From NCBI GenBank assembly GCA_964583285.1, contig CAZOVD010000001.1, positions 22,558 to 86,557 of the forward strand: a stretch of 64,000 nucleotides of DNA, read 5' to 3'. The notes under the pieces are model-generated. The model worked only from the letters and a program-made list of their open reading frames with translations, did no database searches and was not told the DNA's origin. Shown here piece by piece: positions 1-10,194 of the stretch. Position numbers and translations under genes: made by a program. How positions within the stretch are numbered: position 1 is the first letter of the stretch; each line of letters begins with the position of its first letter. This DNA is from an uncultured archaeon. Its GTDB lineage: Archaea; Iainarchaeota; Iainarchaeia; Iainarchaeales; JAAZKV01.

Positions 1-52
1 CAAGAACAGTTGTTTCGTTTCCGCATTTGGGACAAAATTTCTTAAAAGACAT
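1..52 (-). CDS. 5' end of a Zn-ribbon protein, probably NMD3 family (truncated by window edge)
   Basis: Manual translation from ATG at 52: MSFKKFCPKCGNETTVL; N-terminal FCPxCG is typical of archaeal NMD3. Confidence 0.55.
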   Translation of the reverse strand, partial: MSFKKFCPKCGNETTVL

Positions 53-94
53 AAATAAATTAAATAAAAAGGGTTAATATAAATAACTAATTCA

Positions 95-616
95 TTAATT
101 TTCAATATTTTTCCCATAATGTTTAAATAAATCAAATCCATTCCAAGTTCTTATATTTTCTTTATTAAGTTCAAGTAGATCAATAATTTCTTTAATTTCT
201 TCTTCACTTGGTGATTCTATTTCTAAAAAGATTGGTATTTCTTCATATTCATCAATCTCAATTAAAGAATTTTTTAACTTAAAACTAGTTCTGTGCTTTC
301 TTTTTGTTTCCCTTGAAATTAAGCCTATTTTTTCTAAAAACATTTGTGCTTTTTTAAAATCACTTACTTCAAATTCTATTTCTTCACTAGTTCTTGCAAA
401 ATCATTTTCTTCTTTTCCTTTAAAAGTAATAAAAGCAGAATTATTTTTTTTCCTAAGCCTAATTAATTCTTTTTTACTTGAAAAAGTTTTATTCATATCA
501 TCAAAAAATAAAGCAAATATTTCATATTCATCTATTTTTTTAGCCCCAACTTCAAAAAGCTTTTTAATTACTTTTTCTTTATTTATTTCAATTATTTTTA
601 TTTCAATTTCATTCAT
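95..616 (-). CDS. cyaB: CYTH-domain protein (class IV adenylate cyclase/triphosphatase family)
   Basis: N-terminal EIEIK (ExExK), LIRLRK, ITFKG, EIEFEV, KHRTSF, FLEIE motifs. Confidence 0.85.
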   Translation of the reverse strand: MNEIEIKIIEINKEKVIKKLFEVGAKKIDEYEIFALFFDDMNKTFSSKKELIRLRKKNNSAFITFKGKEENDFARTSEEIEFEVSDFKKAQMFLEKIGLISRETKRKHRTSFKLKNSLIEIDEYEEIPIFLEIESPSEEEIKEIIDLLELNKENIRTWNGFDLFKHYGKNIEN

Positions 617-624
617 AAAAAAAA

Positions 625-1896
625 TTAGTCAAATTCTATTTTTTTACCTTGTTTTGGAACTATAACATCAATACCAGTTTTTTGTTCAATTTCTTTCTTA
701 AAAACAGGAATTACATCTTTGTCGCCATGAACTAAAAAAACTTTTTTTGGAGACCATTTTTTTATTGCATCAATCATTTCACTTTTACCAGGGTGTGCAC
801 TTAAATCATATTTTTCGTATTGACAACCAACTTTTACAATAGATCCATCTTTACCATAAGGCAATCTTCCACTGTCTTGAAGCATCCTGCCAGGCGTTTC
901 ATCACCCTGATAACCAGATAGATGTATTTTGCTTTTTGGATCATTAATAATTTTTGTAGCATATCCAACAACTGGCCCACCTTTCATCATCCCGCTTGTT
1001 GTTACAATAATACTTGGTTTTTTCATTGCTTCTTTTCTATCTCTTGGCCCTCTAACCCATTTTGCTTTCTTTAAACCTTCTTCAAGTCTTTTTGGATTTT
1101 TAATTAACTTTGAATGTTTTAAATATAAATTTGCAACTTTTTCACCCATTCCATCTAAATAAATATCAGCATTTACATTATACCCAGTTAAAATATCAAT
1201 TATTTCTTGACTTCTTCCAACAGCAAATGCTGGAATAATTGCAAATCCACCTTTATCAACAGTATCTTGTACCGATTCACAAAGTTTTTTTTCAACTTCT
1301 TTTCTATTTGGATGTTCTCTATCACCATAAGTTGATTCAAGCATAACATAATCAACTCTACCAGTGTTTTCCATGCCTTTATGGAGCTGAGTTTCTTCTA
1401 GTTTAAAATCACCAGTATATAAAAATTTTTTATCTTTGTAAGTTATTTTTGATAACGCAGAACCTAATATGTGTGCTGCATCAAAAAATTCTAAAGATAA
1501 ATCATTAGTAATGTGCATTTCTTTTCTATAAGGTAATAAAAAATTGTGTTTATGAGTATCTTCAATATCATGTTTTGAATATTTTGGAGTTGCCCCTTCA
1601 ATATCTGCAATTTTTAAAGAATCTTGCCATAAAATATCACTTATTCCAAGAGTTGCGTCAGTCATAAAACTTACTGCATTTCCTTTTTTATAAAAATAAG
1701 GCAAATATCCAGAATGATCTAAATGTGCATGTGAAAGAATTATTGCTTTAATATTTTCATTTACGTCAAGCGGGTATTCAAGACCGTTAGGCGCAACTTT
1801 AACACCATAGTCAAGTAGCAATTTTTCTCCAAAATCAAGAATAAATCCACTTCTTCCAACTTCTTCACAAGCCCCTAAACCTGTTAAACTAAACAT
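625..1896 (-). CDS. Beta-CASP metallo-beta-lactamase ribonuclease (aCPSF-like, no KH domains)
   Basis: EVGRS, SHAHLDHSG, AAHILGS, YTGD, ESTYG, AVGRSQE, LSAH, VHGD motifs. Confidence 0.9.
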   Translation of the reverse strand: MFSLTGLGACEEVGRSGFILDFGEKLLLDYGVKVAPNGLEYPLDVNENIKAIILSHAHLDHSGYLPYFYKKGNAVSFMTDATLGISDILWQDSLKIADIEGATPKYSKHDIEDTHKHNFLLPYRKEMHITNDLSLEFFDAAHILGSALSKITYKDKKFLYTGDFKLEETQLHKGMENTGRVDYVMLESTYGDREHPNRKEVEKKLCESVQDTVDKGGFAIIPAFAVGRSQEIIDILTGYNVNADIYLDGMGEKVANLYLKHSKLIKNPKRLEEGLKKAKWVRGPRDRKEAMKKPSIIVTTSGMMKGGPVVGYATKIINDPKSKIHLSGYQGDETPGRMLQDSGRLPYGKDGSIVKVGCQYEKYDLSAHPGKSEMIDAIKKWSPKKVFLVHGDKDVIPVFKKEIEQKTGIDVIVPKQGKKIEFD

Positions 1897-1982
1897 TTTA
1901 TCACTAAAAAAATAAGCTCAATTTGGTTTATATAACCTTGCAAAAAGACAAAAAATGTATATTTAATACCATTAAAAGAAAC

Positions 1983-2531
1983 TTATTTTTTTGATAAAAA
2001 TATTGCAACAAAAAAAACTGCAAAAAAAGATAAAAATATTGAGAATATTGCTATTTCATTAAAAAAATTTAAATTAATTGGAGGGTGAGTCAAAATAATA
2101 TAATCAAAAAAATCACTTATTAAAAAAATTGGGAGTGCAAAAATGACGTGTTTTATTTTAAATGCATAAAATTTATAAAAAACAATTATTTCAATTAAAA
2201 ATAAAATATGTGAAAATACTATTAGTAAATTATTTAATGGATTTGTTGTTAAAAAAATTACAAATAATGTCCAAATAGAATATTTTAAAATTCCAACAAG
2301 AGAAATGAATGTTATAAAAACAGAGTCTTGATTTTTTAATTTTTTATACAAAACATATGAAAAAAATAACGCAAATATTGGACAATCTGCAATAAATATC
2401 CAAAGTAATATAGAATTTTGAGTTAATTGTGCTTGATAATAACTAAATGCAATTATTGAAGATAATATATTTATTAAAATTAAAAATATTAAAAACTTTT
2501 TATTTTCAAAAAGTTTAAATGAGTTTGACAT
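1983..2531 (-). CDS. DUF1405-like integral membrane protein
   Basis: Multiple TM segments; YYxxQL, WIFIADCP, KYSIWT, DFFDY..HP pattern. Confidence 0.7.
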   Translation of the reverse strand: MSNSFKLFENKKFLIFLILINILSSIIAFSYYQAQLTQNSILLWIFIADCPIFALFFSYVLYKKLKNQDSVFITFISLVGILKYSIWTLFVIFLTTNPLNNLLIVFSHILFLIEIIVFYKFYAFKIKHVIFALPIFLISDFFDYIILTHPPINLNFFNEIAIFSIFLSFFAVFFVAIFLSKK

Positions 2532-2569
2532 AATTAATTAGCACCAATTATCATAAAATTATTTTTTAA

Positions 2570-2602
2570 AATAAAAAATAAACTGCTGTATTTAGCAGTT
2601 TA
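2570..2602 (-). terminator. Hairpin plus U-tract downstream of 2616..3086
   Basis: TAAACTGCT-N6-AGCAGTTTA inverted repeat at 2579-2602, followed on the minus strand by a T-rich run. Confidence 0.5.
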
Positions 2603-2615
2603 TCAAAAAAAATTA

Positions 2616-3086
2616 TTAATTATTTTCTATTTCATCAAATGGTTCATTTAAATTAATTGGATAACTTGAGGCTATTACAAAATTTTCTCCATTAATATAA
2701 ATAATTGCGCCTGCTGGCTGAACTAAACCATCAATATTAACAAATACTTCATAACCAATAGTATCACTAGATAAATTTTCTGAATCTTCTAAAAAGAAAA
2801 CTACTTCATTAGTCAACATTTCTGGGTCTCTAAAATTTTCATTTAAATAACTTGTTAATTTTTCTTTAATATTTGCATCATTTTGAAATAGTTTTGAATT
2901 ATTATTATAATTAATGTCTAATGCACTAACTACTAGTGCGCCAATTATTAAACCAACTAATAAAAAAATAACAGCGGTTAAAACTGTTGATTTGTTTATT
3001 TGTATTAAAGGTTCTTCTTTTTTTGATTCTGCTTTAACTTCTTTTTCTTTATGAGTAGTTTTTTTAGCAGATTTCTTTTTTACCAT
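2616..3086 (-). CDS. Hypothetical single-pass membrane protein
   Basis: Basic N-terminus, one hydrophobic helix (VLTAVIFLLVGLIIGALVV), acidic C-terminal domain; GGAGTTGA RBS-like site upstream. Confidence 0.7.
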   Translation of the reverse strand: MVKKKSAKKTTHKEKEVKAESKKEEPLIQINKSTVLTAVIFLLVGLIIGALVVSALDINYNNNSKLFQNDANIKEKLTSYLNENFRDPEMLTNEVVFFLEDSENLSSDTIGYEVFVNIDGLVQPAGAIIYINGENFVIASSYPINLNEPFDEIENN

Positions 3087-3171
3087 TTAAATCAACTCCA
3101 TTTTATCATAAAAATTTAATTTAAAAAAGATGAAAATGCTTTTAAACTAAATTAATTATAAAAAATCAATT

Positions 3172-4824
3172 TTATTTTTGTTTTCCACTAAATTTGTTTT
3201 TAAGTTCTAAAATTTTCTTTGTTTGAAGTTTTTCAAACAAAATGCCTGGATTATTTAGTTTTGTTTGGTCTTTAACTTCATCAAACATTTTACTAAACCC
3301 TTCTTTGACATTAAACCCCACTATATTTGCTATTTTTTCACTTGATTTTGGAATAAAAGGATAATAAATTAATGATAAAACTTTAAATAAATCAATCGCA
3401 TCAGCAATAACTTCGCCAGCTTCTTCTTTGTTTGTTTTTACTAAAACCCAAGGTTCTTTATCTTGAATAAATTTATTACCAATTGAAGAAATTTCATTTG
3501 CTTTCATTAATGCACTTCTTTCTCGGCTTTTGTACATTAATTCTTTATATTCTTTAATTAATTTTTCAACTTTTGGTTTTAATTCACTCTTATTTTTCTT
3601 TTGTTTTATTCCATTAAAAAGTTTTTCATTTAAAGATACTACTCTATTAACAAAATTTCCTAAATTTGATGCAAGTTCATTATTTATTTTTGCTTCAAAA
3701 TCATCCCAGTTAAATTCACTTTCACTATCCTCTGGCCTTACTCTAAATAAATAATATCTCCATATATCACTTTCAATTCCAGAGTTTACTGCATCATCTC
3801 CAAAAACTCCAGTTTTATTACTTTTTGAAAATTTTAAATCTTCATAATTTAAATAAGCAGTTGAATCAAGATAATCAACAGTTATGTAATTATCATTTGT
3901 TCCAATTAAATATGCCGGAAACATTATTGAGTGAAATGGAACATTATCTTTTCCCATGAACTGATATAAAGTAACATCTTTATTTTTCCACCATTTTTTA
4001 TAATCTTCACCTAAAACTTGTGCAGTTATTCCAATATAACCAATAGGTGCATCAAACCAACTATAAAAAACTTTTTCTTCCCAACCATTAAGTGGAACTG
4101 GTATTCCCCATTTTAAATCTCTTGTAATTGCTCTTTCTTCAAGACCTTTTTTAAGCCACTGCTGAGTAATTGTAACTGCTTGTGTGCTCCAATTAATTTT
4201 CTTTTTTTTAAATAATTCTTCTAAATTTTTTTGCATTTTTGGTAAATTTACATATAAGTGTTTTGTTTTTTTCATCACTGGTGTTGTTTTATCAATAACA
4301 CTTATAGGTTTAATTAAATCTTTTTGATCAAGTAATTTTCCGCATTTATCACATTGATCTCCTCTTGCTTTTTCAAATTTACAGTGTGGGCAAATTCCTT
4401 CAACAAATCTATCACTTAAAAATTGTTTACTTTTTTCTGAATAAAGTTGTTCTATTTCTCTTTCAATAATTAGATTATTTTCCCAAAGTTTTAGAAATAT
4501 TTCTTGAGTTATTTTTTTATTTTCAACACTAGTAGTTCTTCCAAAACAATCTGGACTTGCATTAAACCACTTATATATATCTTCATGAATTTTAAAATAT
4601 TTATCAACTAGTTCTTTTACTGTTATTCCTTCTTCTCTTGCTTTAGCTTCTGCAGTAGTACCATATTCATCTGTCCCCAAAACAAATAAAACTTCATTAT
4701 CGTCAAGTCTGGCAAACCTTGCAAAACAATCAGCACTAAGTACAGAGCCTATCAAATTTCCCAAATGAGGAATATTATTAACATAAGGAAGTGCACTTGT
4801 TACTAAAATCTTTCTTTTTACCAT
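3172..4824 (-). CDS. metG: Methionyl-tRNA synthetase (no C-terminal EMAPII-like domain)
   Basis: SALPYVNNIPHLGN (HIGH), GTDEYG, Zn knuckle CPHC/GDQCDKC, WFDAPIGY, GKDNVPFH, KFSKS. Confidence 0.97.
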   Translation of the reverse strand: MVKRKILVTSALPYVNNIPHLGNLIGSVLSADCFARFARLDDNEVLFVLGTDEYGTTAEAKAREEGITVKELVDKYFKIHEDIYKWFNASPDCFGRTTSVENKKITQEIFLKLWENNLIIEREIEQLYSEKSKQFLSDRFVEGICPHCKFEKARGDQCDKCGKLLDQKDLIKPISVIDKTTPVMKKTKHLYVNLPKMQKNLEELFKKKKINWSTQAVTITQQWLKKGLEERAITRDLKWGIPVPLNGWEEKVFYSWFDAPIGYIGITAQVLGEDYKKWWKNKDVTLYQFMGKDNVPFHSIMFPAYLIGTNDNYITVDYLDSTAYLNYEDLKFSKSNKTGVFGDDAVNSGIESDIWRYYLFRVRPEDSESEFNWDDFEAKINNELASNLGNFVNRVVSLNEKLFNGIKQKKNKSELKPKVEKLIKEYKELMYKSRERSALMKANEISSIGNKFIQDKEPWVLVKTNKEEAGEVIADAIDLFKVLSLIYYPFIPKSSEKIANIVGFNVKEGFSKMFDEVKDQTKLNNPGILFEKLQTKKILELKNKFSGKQK

Positions 4825-4964
4825 ACAAACTAATAGTTAAAGAAGTGTTTTAAAGGTTATTAGATTTAATAAAAATTATAAAATGTTAAAATTAGAAAAA
4901 GAATTATTTGAAAAAAAATTCAACAAACCTAAATATTTATATAAAGGAAAAGCATGATTTTAAC

Positions 4965-6521
4965 ATGGTTAAAAAGAAATCTTCTAAATTAAAAAAAGTT
5001 ATTAAAAAAAATGTTGTTAAAAAGAAAATTACTCAAAAAAGTAATGCTAATGAAAAGCAAAAAATTGCTAAATTATTTAAAACACTTAATGTTCATCAAC
5101 AAGCTTATGTTAATTTTAATTTAGAAAATCCAAAAAATGGAAAATACATGCTAACAGTTTTTCACATTATACCTGGTGGAAATTTAAATATTTTGCAAGC
5201 AGCATGTGAAACTGCGGCTGAAAGTTCTACTGGAACAAATTTTTTAGTTCAAACAGAAACACCATTTTCAAGAGAAATGAATGCACTTGTTTACAAAGTT
5301 GATCTTAAAAAAAATCTTGTTTGGATAGCTTATCCTTGGAGATTATTTGATAGAGATGGAAATGTTCAAAATATTTTAACTTATGTAATTGGAAATGTAC
5401 TTGGAATGAAAGAAGTTCGAGCATGCAAATTACTTGATGTGTGGTTCCCACCAGCATTTTTAGAGCAATATGATGGACCAAGTTACACACTTGATGATAT
5501 GAGAAAATATTTAAACGTCTATAATAGACCAATTCTTGGAACAATAATAAAACCAAAAATGGGACTTACAAGTGCTGAATATGCAGAAGCAGCATATGAT
5601 TTTTGGGCAGGCGGAGGAGACTTTGTTAAAAATGATGAGCCTCAAGCAAACCAAGATTTTTGCCCATATGATAAAATGGTAGAACATGTAAAAAAAGCAA
5701 TGGATAAAGCTGTGAAAGAAACTGGTCAAAAAAAAGTTCACTCATTTAATGTTTCTGCACCAGATTATGACACTATGATTAAAAGATGTGAAATGATTAG
5801 AAACGCTGGTTTTGAAGAAGGAAGTTATGCATTTTTAATAGATGGAATTACTGCAGGATGGATGGCCGTACAAACTCTTAGAAGAAAATATCCTTCTGTT
5901 TTTATTCACTTTCATAGAGCTGGACATGGGGCTTTTACAAGACCTGAAAATCCAATTGGAATGAGTGTTTTAGTATTATCTAAATTTGCTAGGCTTGCAG
6001 GAGCTAGTGGAATACACACAGGAACAGCAGGTGTAGGAAAAATGCAGGGTGATCCAAAAGAAGATATCACCTCAGCACGTAATATTTTAGGTTTTAAACA
6101 AAAAGGACATTTTTTTGAACAAAGTTGGGGAAAAATTCCTGACAAAGACCTTGATGCATTAAAATTATCAAGTGAAGATTTAGCACATCATGTTATTTTA
6201 GAAGATGATGACTGGCGAGCTGTAAAAAAATGTTGTCCAATTATTTCTGGGGGCTTAAATCCAACTTCACTAAAACCATTTATTGATGTAATGGGTGGAA
6301 TTGATTTTATTACTACAATGGGCGCAGGATGTCATGCACACCCAAAAGGAAGTAAGGCTGGAGCAACAGCACTTGTACAAGCATGTGAAGCATACACTAA
6401 AAAAATACCTATTGAAAAATATGCAAAAGATCATGTTGAACTTGCACAAGCAATAGAATTTTTTACAAAGAAAAAACACGTTGATTATTTAAAAAATGCA
6501 ATAAATGCAGAAAAAGCTTAG
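4965..6521 (+). CDS. rbcL: RuBisCO large subunit, form II/III, with Lys-rich N-terminal extension
   Basis: AAESSTGT, GTIIKPK, GGDFVKNDEPQ, HFHRAGHG, GKM, ISGG; insertion before WRAVKKCCPIISGG as in Methanococcoides-type form II/III; ATG at 4965 preferred over TTG at 4908. Confidence 0.95.
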   Translation: MVKKKSSKLKKVIKKNVVKKKITQKSNANEKQKIAKLFKTLNVHQQAYVNFNLENPKNGKYMLTVFHIIPGGNLNILQAACETAAESSTGTNFLVQTETPFSREMNALVYKVDLKKNLVWIAYPWRLFDRDGNVQNILTYVIGNVLGMKEVRACKLLDVWFPPAFLEQYDGPSYTLDDMRKYLNVYNRPILGTIIKPKMGLTSAEYAEAAYDFWAGGGDFVKNDEPQANQDFCPYDKMVEHVKKAMDKAVKETGQKKVHSFNVSAPDYDTMIKRCEMIRNAGFEEGSYAFLIDGITAGWMAVQTLRRKYPSVFIHFHRAGHGAFTRPENPIGMSVLVLSKFARLAGASGIHTGTAGVGKMQGDPKEDITSARNILGFKQKGHFFEQSWGKIPDKDLDALKLSSEDLAHHVILEDDDWRAVKKCCPIISGGLNPTSLKPFIDVMGGIDFITTMGAGCHAHPKGSKAGATALVQACEAYTKKIPIEKYAKDHVELAQAIEFFTKKKHVDYLKNAINAEKA

Positions 6522-6594
6522 AATTTAAAAATATAATAATTAGTAAAAAAAATATTTACTTTTGAAAAAAATTAGATTCTTTTATTTGAAAAAA

Positions 6595-7449
6595 CTATCT
6601 AAACTTATCATAAAATTTTTTCATATCAATATTATTAATATCATGTTTTGCTAAAGGTAACTTTTCCATTTGAATTAATTGATCTTCATAACATGGCCTT
6701 TCTTCAATATAATAAATTCCAGTATTAATCTTTTCAGTATTCTCAATTGCTTTCTCAAAGGCTTTAATTTTATTCTTATTATCAAAATCACTAGGCAAAT
6801 CTACAATTCTTTCTTTATACCAATTAATATTATGTTCTTTATTATAGGTTGGACAAAGTTGTAAAACATCAATTACTGAAAAACCTTTGTGTGAAAATGC
6901 TTTTACAAAAATATCTGTTAGTTTTGAAGGGTTAAGCATGTCTGTTCTTGCAACAAATGTTGCTCCTTGACTTATTGCAGTTGCAACTGGATTAAGTGGC
7001 GTTTCTATTGCTCCACTAAGTGAAGTTGAAGATTTAAATCCTGGCGGAGAAGTTGGAGAATATTGTCCTTTTGTTAAACCATAAACTTCATTATCTTCAA
7101 TAATGTGTGTGATATTTAAGTTTCTTCTCATTGTTTGAATAAAATGATTTCCACCAATTCCAAGTCCATCTCCATCACCTGTAACAACTATAACATTAAG
7201 TGCTTTATTTGCAAGTTTTATTGCAGTTGCTGCTGGAAGAGCTCTTCCATGAAGTCCTTCAAATCCATAAACATTAACAAATCTTGGCAATTTTGATCCA
7301 CAACCAATTCCTGCAACAATAACCGTTTCTTCTTGTTTCCAGCCAAGTTTTTCAATAGCTTGCCTTACTGACATAAGTATTCCAAAATCCCCACAACCAG
7401 GGCACCAAGTTGGATTTTCTCTTGTAAGCAAATCTTTCATAGATGTCAT
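6595..7449 (-). CDS. korB: 2-oxoacid:ferredoxin oxidoreductase beta subunit
   Basis: WCPGCGDFG, GIGC, LHGRALP, TPP motif GDGD..GIGGNH..DNEVYGLTKGQ, QLCPT. Confidence 0.93.
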   Translation of the reverse strand: MTSMKDLLTRENPTWCPGCGDFGILMSVRQAIEKLGWKQEETVIVAGIGCGSKLPRFVNVYGFEGLHGRALPAATAIKLANKALNVIVVTGDGDGLGIGGNHFIQTMRRNLNITHIIEDNEVYGLTKGQYSPTSPPGFKSSTSLSGAIETPLNPVATAISQGATFVARTDMLNPSKLTDIFVKAFSHKGFSVIDVLQLCPTYNKEHNINWYKERIVDLPSDFDNKNKIKAFEKAIENTEKINTGIYYIEERPCYEDQLIQMEKLPLAKHDINNIDMKKFYDKFR

Positions 7450-7458
7450 AATATCAAC

Positions 7459-9258
7459 CTAATTTTTTACTCCAAAATTTTTTTCTGCAACAATTTCATT
7501 TCTTGAAAATATTTGATTTTTTGTAGCATTTCCTTCTTTAATATTTTTTATTCCTTTTTTTATCTCACTAGGGAAAAATGGTCTCCCATCATATTTTAAA
7601 ATTTTATAATCAATATTAATTCCTGTTAGTTCGCGAATAATTCCTGCAAGTTGGCCACTTTGATTGTTTTCAACCAAAATTGTTTTTTTGCCGTTTAATA
7701 ATTTTCCAACTGTTTCACTTGGAAAAGGAGAAATATAATTTATTTGTAAAAAATTTACTTTTATTCCTTCTTCATTTAAATAATCAATTGCTTGAAGTAT
7801 AGGATATTTTGTTGAACCCCAAGAGACTACAGTATATTCTGCATTTTTTTCACCAACTATTTCTGGCTGTGGTAATTCTTTTGCAAGTAATTCAAGTTTT
7901 CTAAATCTTTTTTGACTCATTGCAACTTTATTGTGTTCATCTTCACATTCAAAACTATATTCATCATGTTCATAACTTGTTGCAGTGTGCATTCCACCAA
8001 TTACTCCAGGAACTGCTCTTTGAGAAACACCATCTTTTGTAATTTCAAATCTTTTGTATCCTTCTGGAGCACTAGTAGTTAATAGTTTTCCTCTATTAAC
8101 TTTGTATTTTGAGTCATCAAATGGTTTTACTGTGAAATAACTCTCACCTAAATATTTATCAGTTAGAATTATTACTGGTAATTGCCAAACTTCTGCAATG
8201 TTAAAAGCTTCTGTTGTTAAATAAAATGCTTCATTAGCACACCCTGGTGCAACTATTACTCTTGGTGCTTCATCTGTTGCGTTGTGAAGTAAAAATCGTA
8301 AGTCTCCTTGACCTGTGTGAGTTGCCATTCCTGTTGCTGGACCTGGTCGCATTGATTCTATTGCTACTAACGGAGTTTCCATTTGCATAGCCATTCCAAA
8401 TGCTTCAACCATTAATGCAAATCCACCACCACTTGTTGCAGTTATTGCTCTTATTCCAGCATAATTTGCTGCAACAGCCATGTTCATTGCTGCAATTTCA
8501 TCTTCTGCTTGTTTTACAACTAAATTAGCATCAACTGCAAATTTTTCAAGAGTTGTCATTACACTTGAAGCTGGAGTCATTGGGTACGCTGCAATTAATT
8601 TGCAACCTGCTTTTACTGCACCTAAAGAAACTGCTTCATGTCCTGAAACAAAAATATTTTCATCTTTTCCATTTTCTTTTAATTCAAATGGAAAATTTGG
8701 ATAATTTTGTTTTGCATGATCATAACCCATTTTTGCAGCAGCTAAATTGTCATTAACAATTTTTTCTCCTTTTTTTAAAAAAGTTGATTTTATTGCATTT
8801 TCAAGTAATACAAAATCAAAATTAAGTAAACCAAATACAGCACCCATCGCAACAGTGTTTTTCATTATTCTTCCACCTGCTTTATTTGCAAAGTCTAAAA
8901 GTGGAACATCAAATAATTTTTCTTTACTAACAAGTTCTTCAACACCTTTTGTTTGAGCCGCATCATAAATTATTGCTCCATTCTTTGAAAGAAGAGAAGC
9001 ATGTTTTTCTATTGATTCTTTATTTAATGCAACAAGCAAATCTATTTCATAAACTTGTGAGTGAATTGGTTTATGAGATACTCTTACATTTAAATGATTA
9101 TGTCCACCTCTAATTAAAGACGGGTATTCAGCACTTGAAAAAACGTATAAACCTGCTCTTTTAGCAGTTTTTGCAAACATCATTAAGCCTGCATTAAGTA
9201 TCCCATCACCAGCAATACCTGCAATTTTAAGATTTAAATCATTAAGGGTTTTTGTCAT
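7459..9258 (-). CDS. korA: 2-oxoacid:ferredoxin oxidoreductase alpha subunit (gamma-alpha fusion)
   Basis: GIAGDG, EYPSLIRGGH, AYPMTPAS, QAEDEIAA, TATSGGGFALM, RPGPATG, KYDGRPF; ATG at 9258 has a GTGAT RBS-like site. Confidence 0.93.
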   Translation of the reverse strand: MTKTLNDLNLKIAGIAGDGILNAGLMMFAKTAKRAGLYVFSSAEYPSLIRGGHNHLNVRVSHKPIHSQVYEIDLLVALNKESIEKHASLLSKNGAIIYDAAQTKGVEELVSKEKLFDVPLLDFANKAGGRIMKNTVAMGAVFGLLNFDFVLLENAIKSTFLKKGEKIVNDNLAAAKMGYDHAKQNYPNFPFELKENGKDENIFVSGHEAVSLGAVKAGCKLIAAYPMTPASSVMTTLEKFAVDANLVVKQAEDEIAAMNMAVAANYAGIRAITATSGGGFALMVEAFGMAMQMETPLVAIESMRPGPATGMATHTGQGDLRFLLHNATDEAPRVIVAPGCANEAFYLTTEAFNIAEVWQLPVIILTDKYLGESYFTVKPFDDSKYKVNRGKLLTTSAPEGYKRFEITKDGVSQRAVPGVIGGMHTATSYEHDEYSFECEDEHNKVAMSQKRFRKLELLAKELPQPEIVGEKNAEYTVVSWGSTKYPILQAIDYLNEEGIKVNFLQINYISPFPSETVGKLLNGKKTILVENNQSGQLAGIIRELTGINIDYKILKYDGRPFFPSEIKKGIKNIKEGNATKNQIFSRNEIVAEKNFGVKN

Positions 9259-9414
9259 TTTATCACATTTTGACAATTGACGAAGTGCTTATCGTCATAT
9301 TGTTTGATACATTAAAATGAGTCTTCATATTTATAAACCTTTCTTGGAGAACCTAAAAAAAATCACAACTGTTAGTATTTAAAAATAAAATGAGTTAAAA
9401 AAAAACCATCAAAA

Positions 9415-9432
9415 ATCAACTATTTAGTTGAT
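9415..9432. promoter_or_regulatory. Palindromic operator candidate ATCAACT-N4-AGTTGAT (copy 1)
   Basis: Perfect 7-bp arms; identical arms at 14361-14378; TATA-like TTTATATTAA at 9448-9457. Confidence 0.6.
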
Positions 9433-9481
9433 TTATTTTCTACCAACTTTATATTAATAGCAAATTAACAATTTAGTTAAA

Positions 9482-9640
9482 ATGGAAGAAAGGGTATTAA
9501 ATTATACAAATATTTTAGATGCAGAAAAAATAACTAATAAAATGCTTAAAGAAAATTTTATACTAGTTAGGCACCAGCCCAAAAACAAACTTCTTTTTTT
9601 CAAAAAATTTTACTTTCCAACACAGGAAGAGAAAAAATGA
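9482..9640 (+). CDS. Small hypothetical protein, 52 aa (MEERVLNYTN...PTQEEKK), below the ORF-track length range
   Basis: Manual translation; ATGA stop/start overlap with 9637 gene; TATA-like box ~25 nt upstream. Confidence 0.6.
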   Translation: MEERVLNYTNILDAEKITNKMLKENFILVRHQPKNKLLFFKKFYFPTQEEKK

Positions 9641-9924
9641 TTACTGTAAATGAACATGCGTATATAACAAAAGCACGCGAAATAAACAATTATACAAAAA
9701 CACATGAAAAATTACTACTTGCACTAATACATGAAAAAAAATATTACACAAAAGATGAACTTTTATGTTTTACAGGACATAATATGACCTTACTTGAAAT
9801 TATACTTGAAGAATTAAAAAACACTGGAGTAATTATTATAGAAGGTTGGCTTGTTAAATTAAAAGAAATTGAAAAATTTAATTTAGAAATTTGTGAAGAA
9901 ATTGCAAAAACAGAAAAGTATTAA
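9637..9924 (+). CDS. Small winged-helix-like protein
   Basis: Helical pattern ending LEELKNTGVIIIEG (helix-G-wing). Confidence 0.55.
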   Translation: MITVNEHAYITKAREINNYTKTHEKLLLALIHEKKYYTKDELLCFTGHNMTLLEIILEELKNTGVIIIEGWLVKLKEIEKFNLEICEEIAKTEKY

Positions 9925-9948
9925 TATTTAATGGTATCAAATGGTATT

Positions 9949-10194
9949 ATGAACACACAAGTAAATGTTAGATTGCCAAAGACTCTTCTAAAAAAAGCAG
10001 AAAGTTATGCAAAAGAAAAAGGATATACTAATGTTCAAGAGTTAATTAGAGAATCATTAAGAGAAACAATTGATCCTGAATTAACTTCTGAAGAACATTA
10101 CTTTATCAAAAAAATGATTGAAGGCATTGAACAAAGAAAAGTTCCACTTGGTACCGAGAAAGAGCTATGGAAAGCACTCGGTGGAAAACCATGA
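9949..10194 (+). CDS. Ribbon-helix-helix (CopG-like) antitoxin
   Basis: TQVNVRLPKTLLKKAESYAKEKGYTNVQELIRESLRE; ATGA overlap with RelE-like gene. Confidence 0.8.
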   Translation: MNTQVNVRLPKTLLKKAESYAKEKGYTNVQELIRESLRETIDPELTSEEHYFIKKMIEGIEQRKVPLGTEKELWKALGGKP

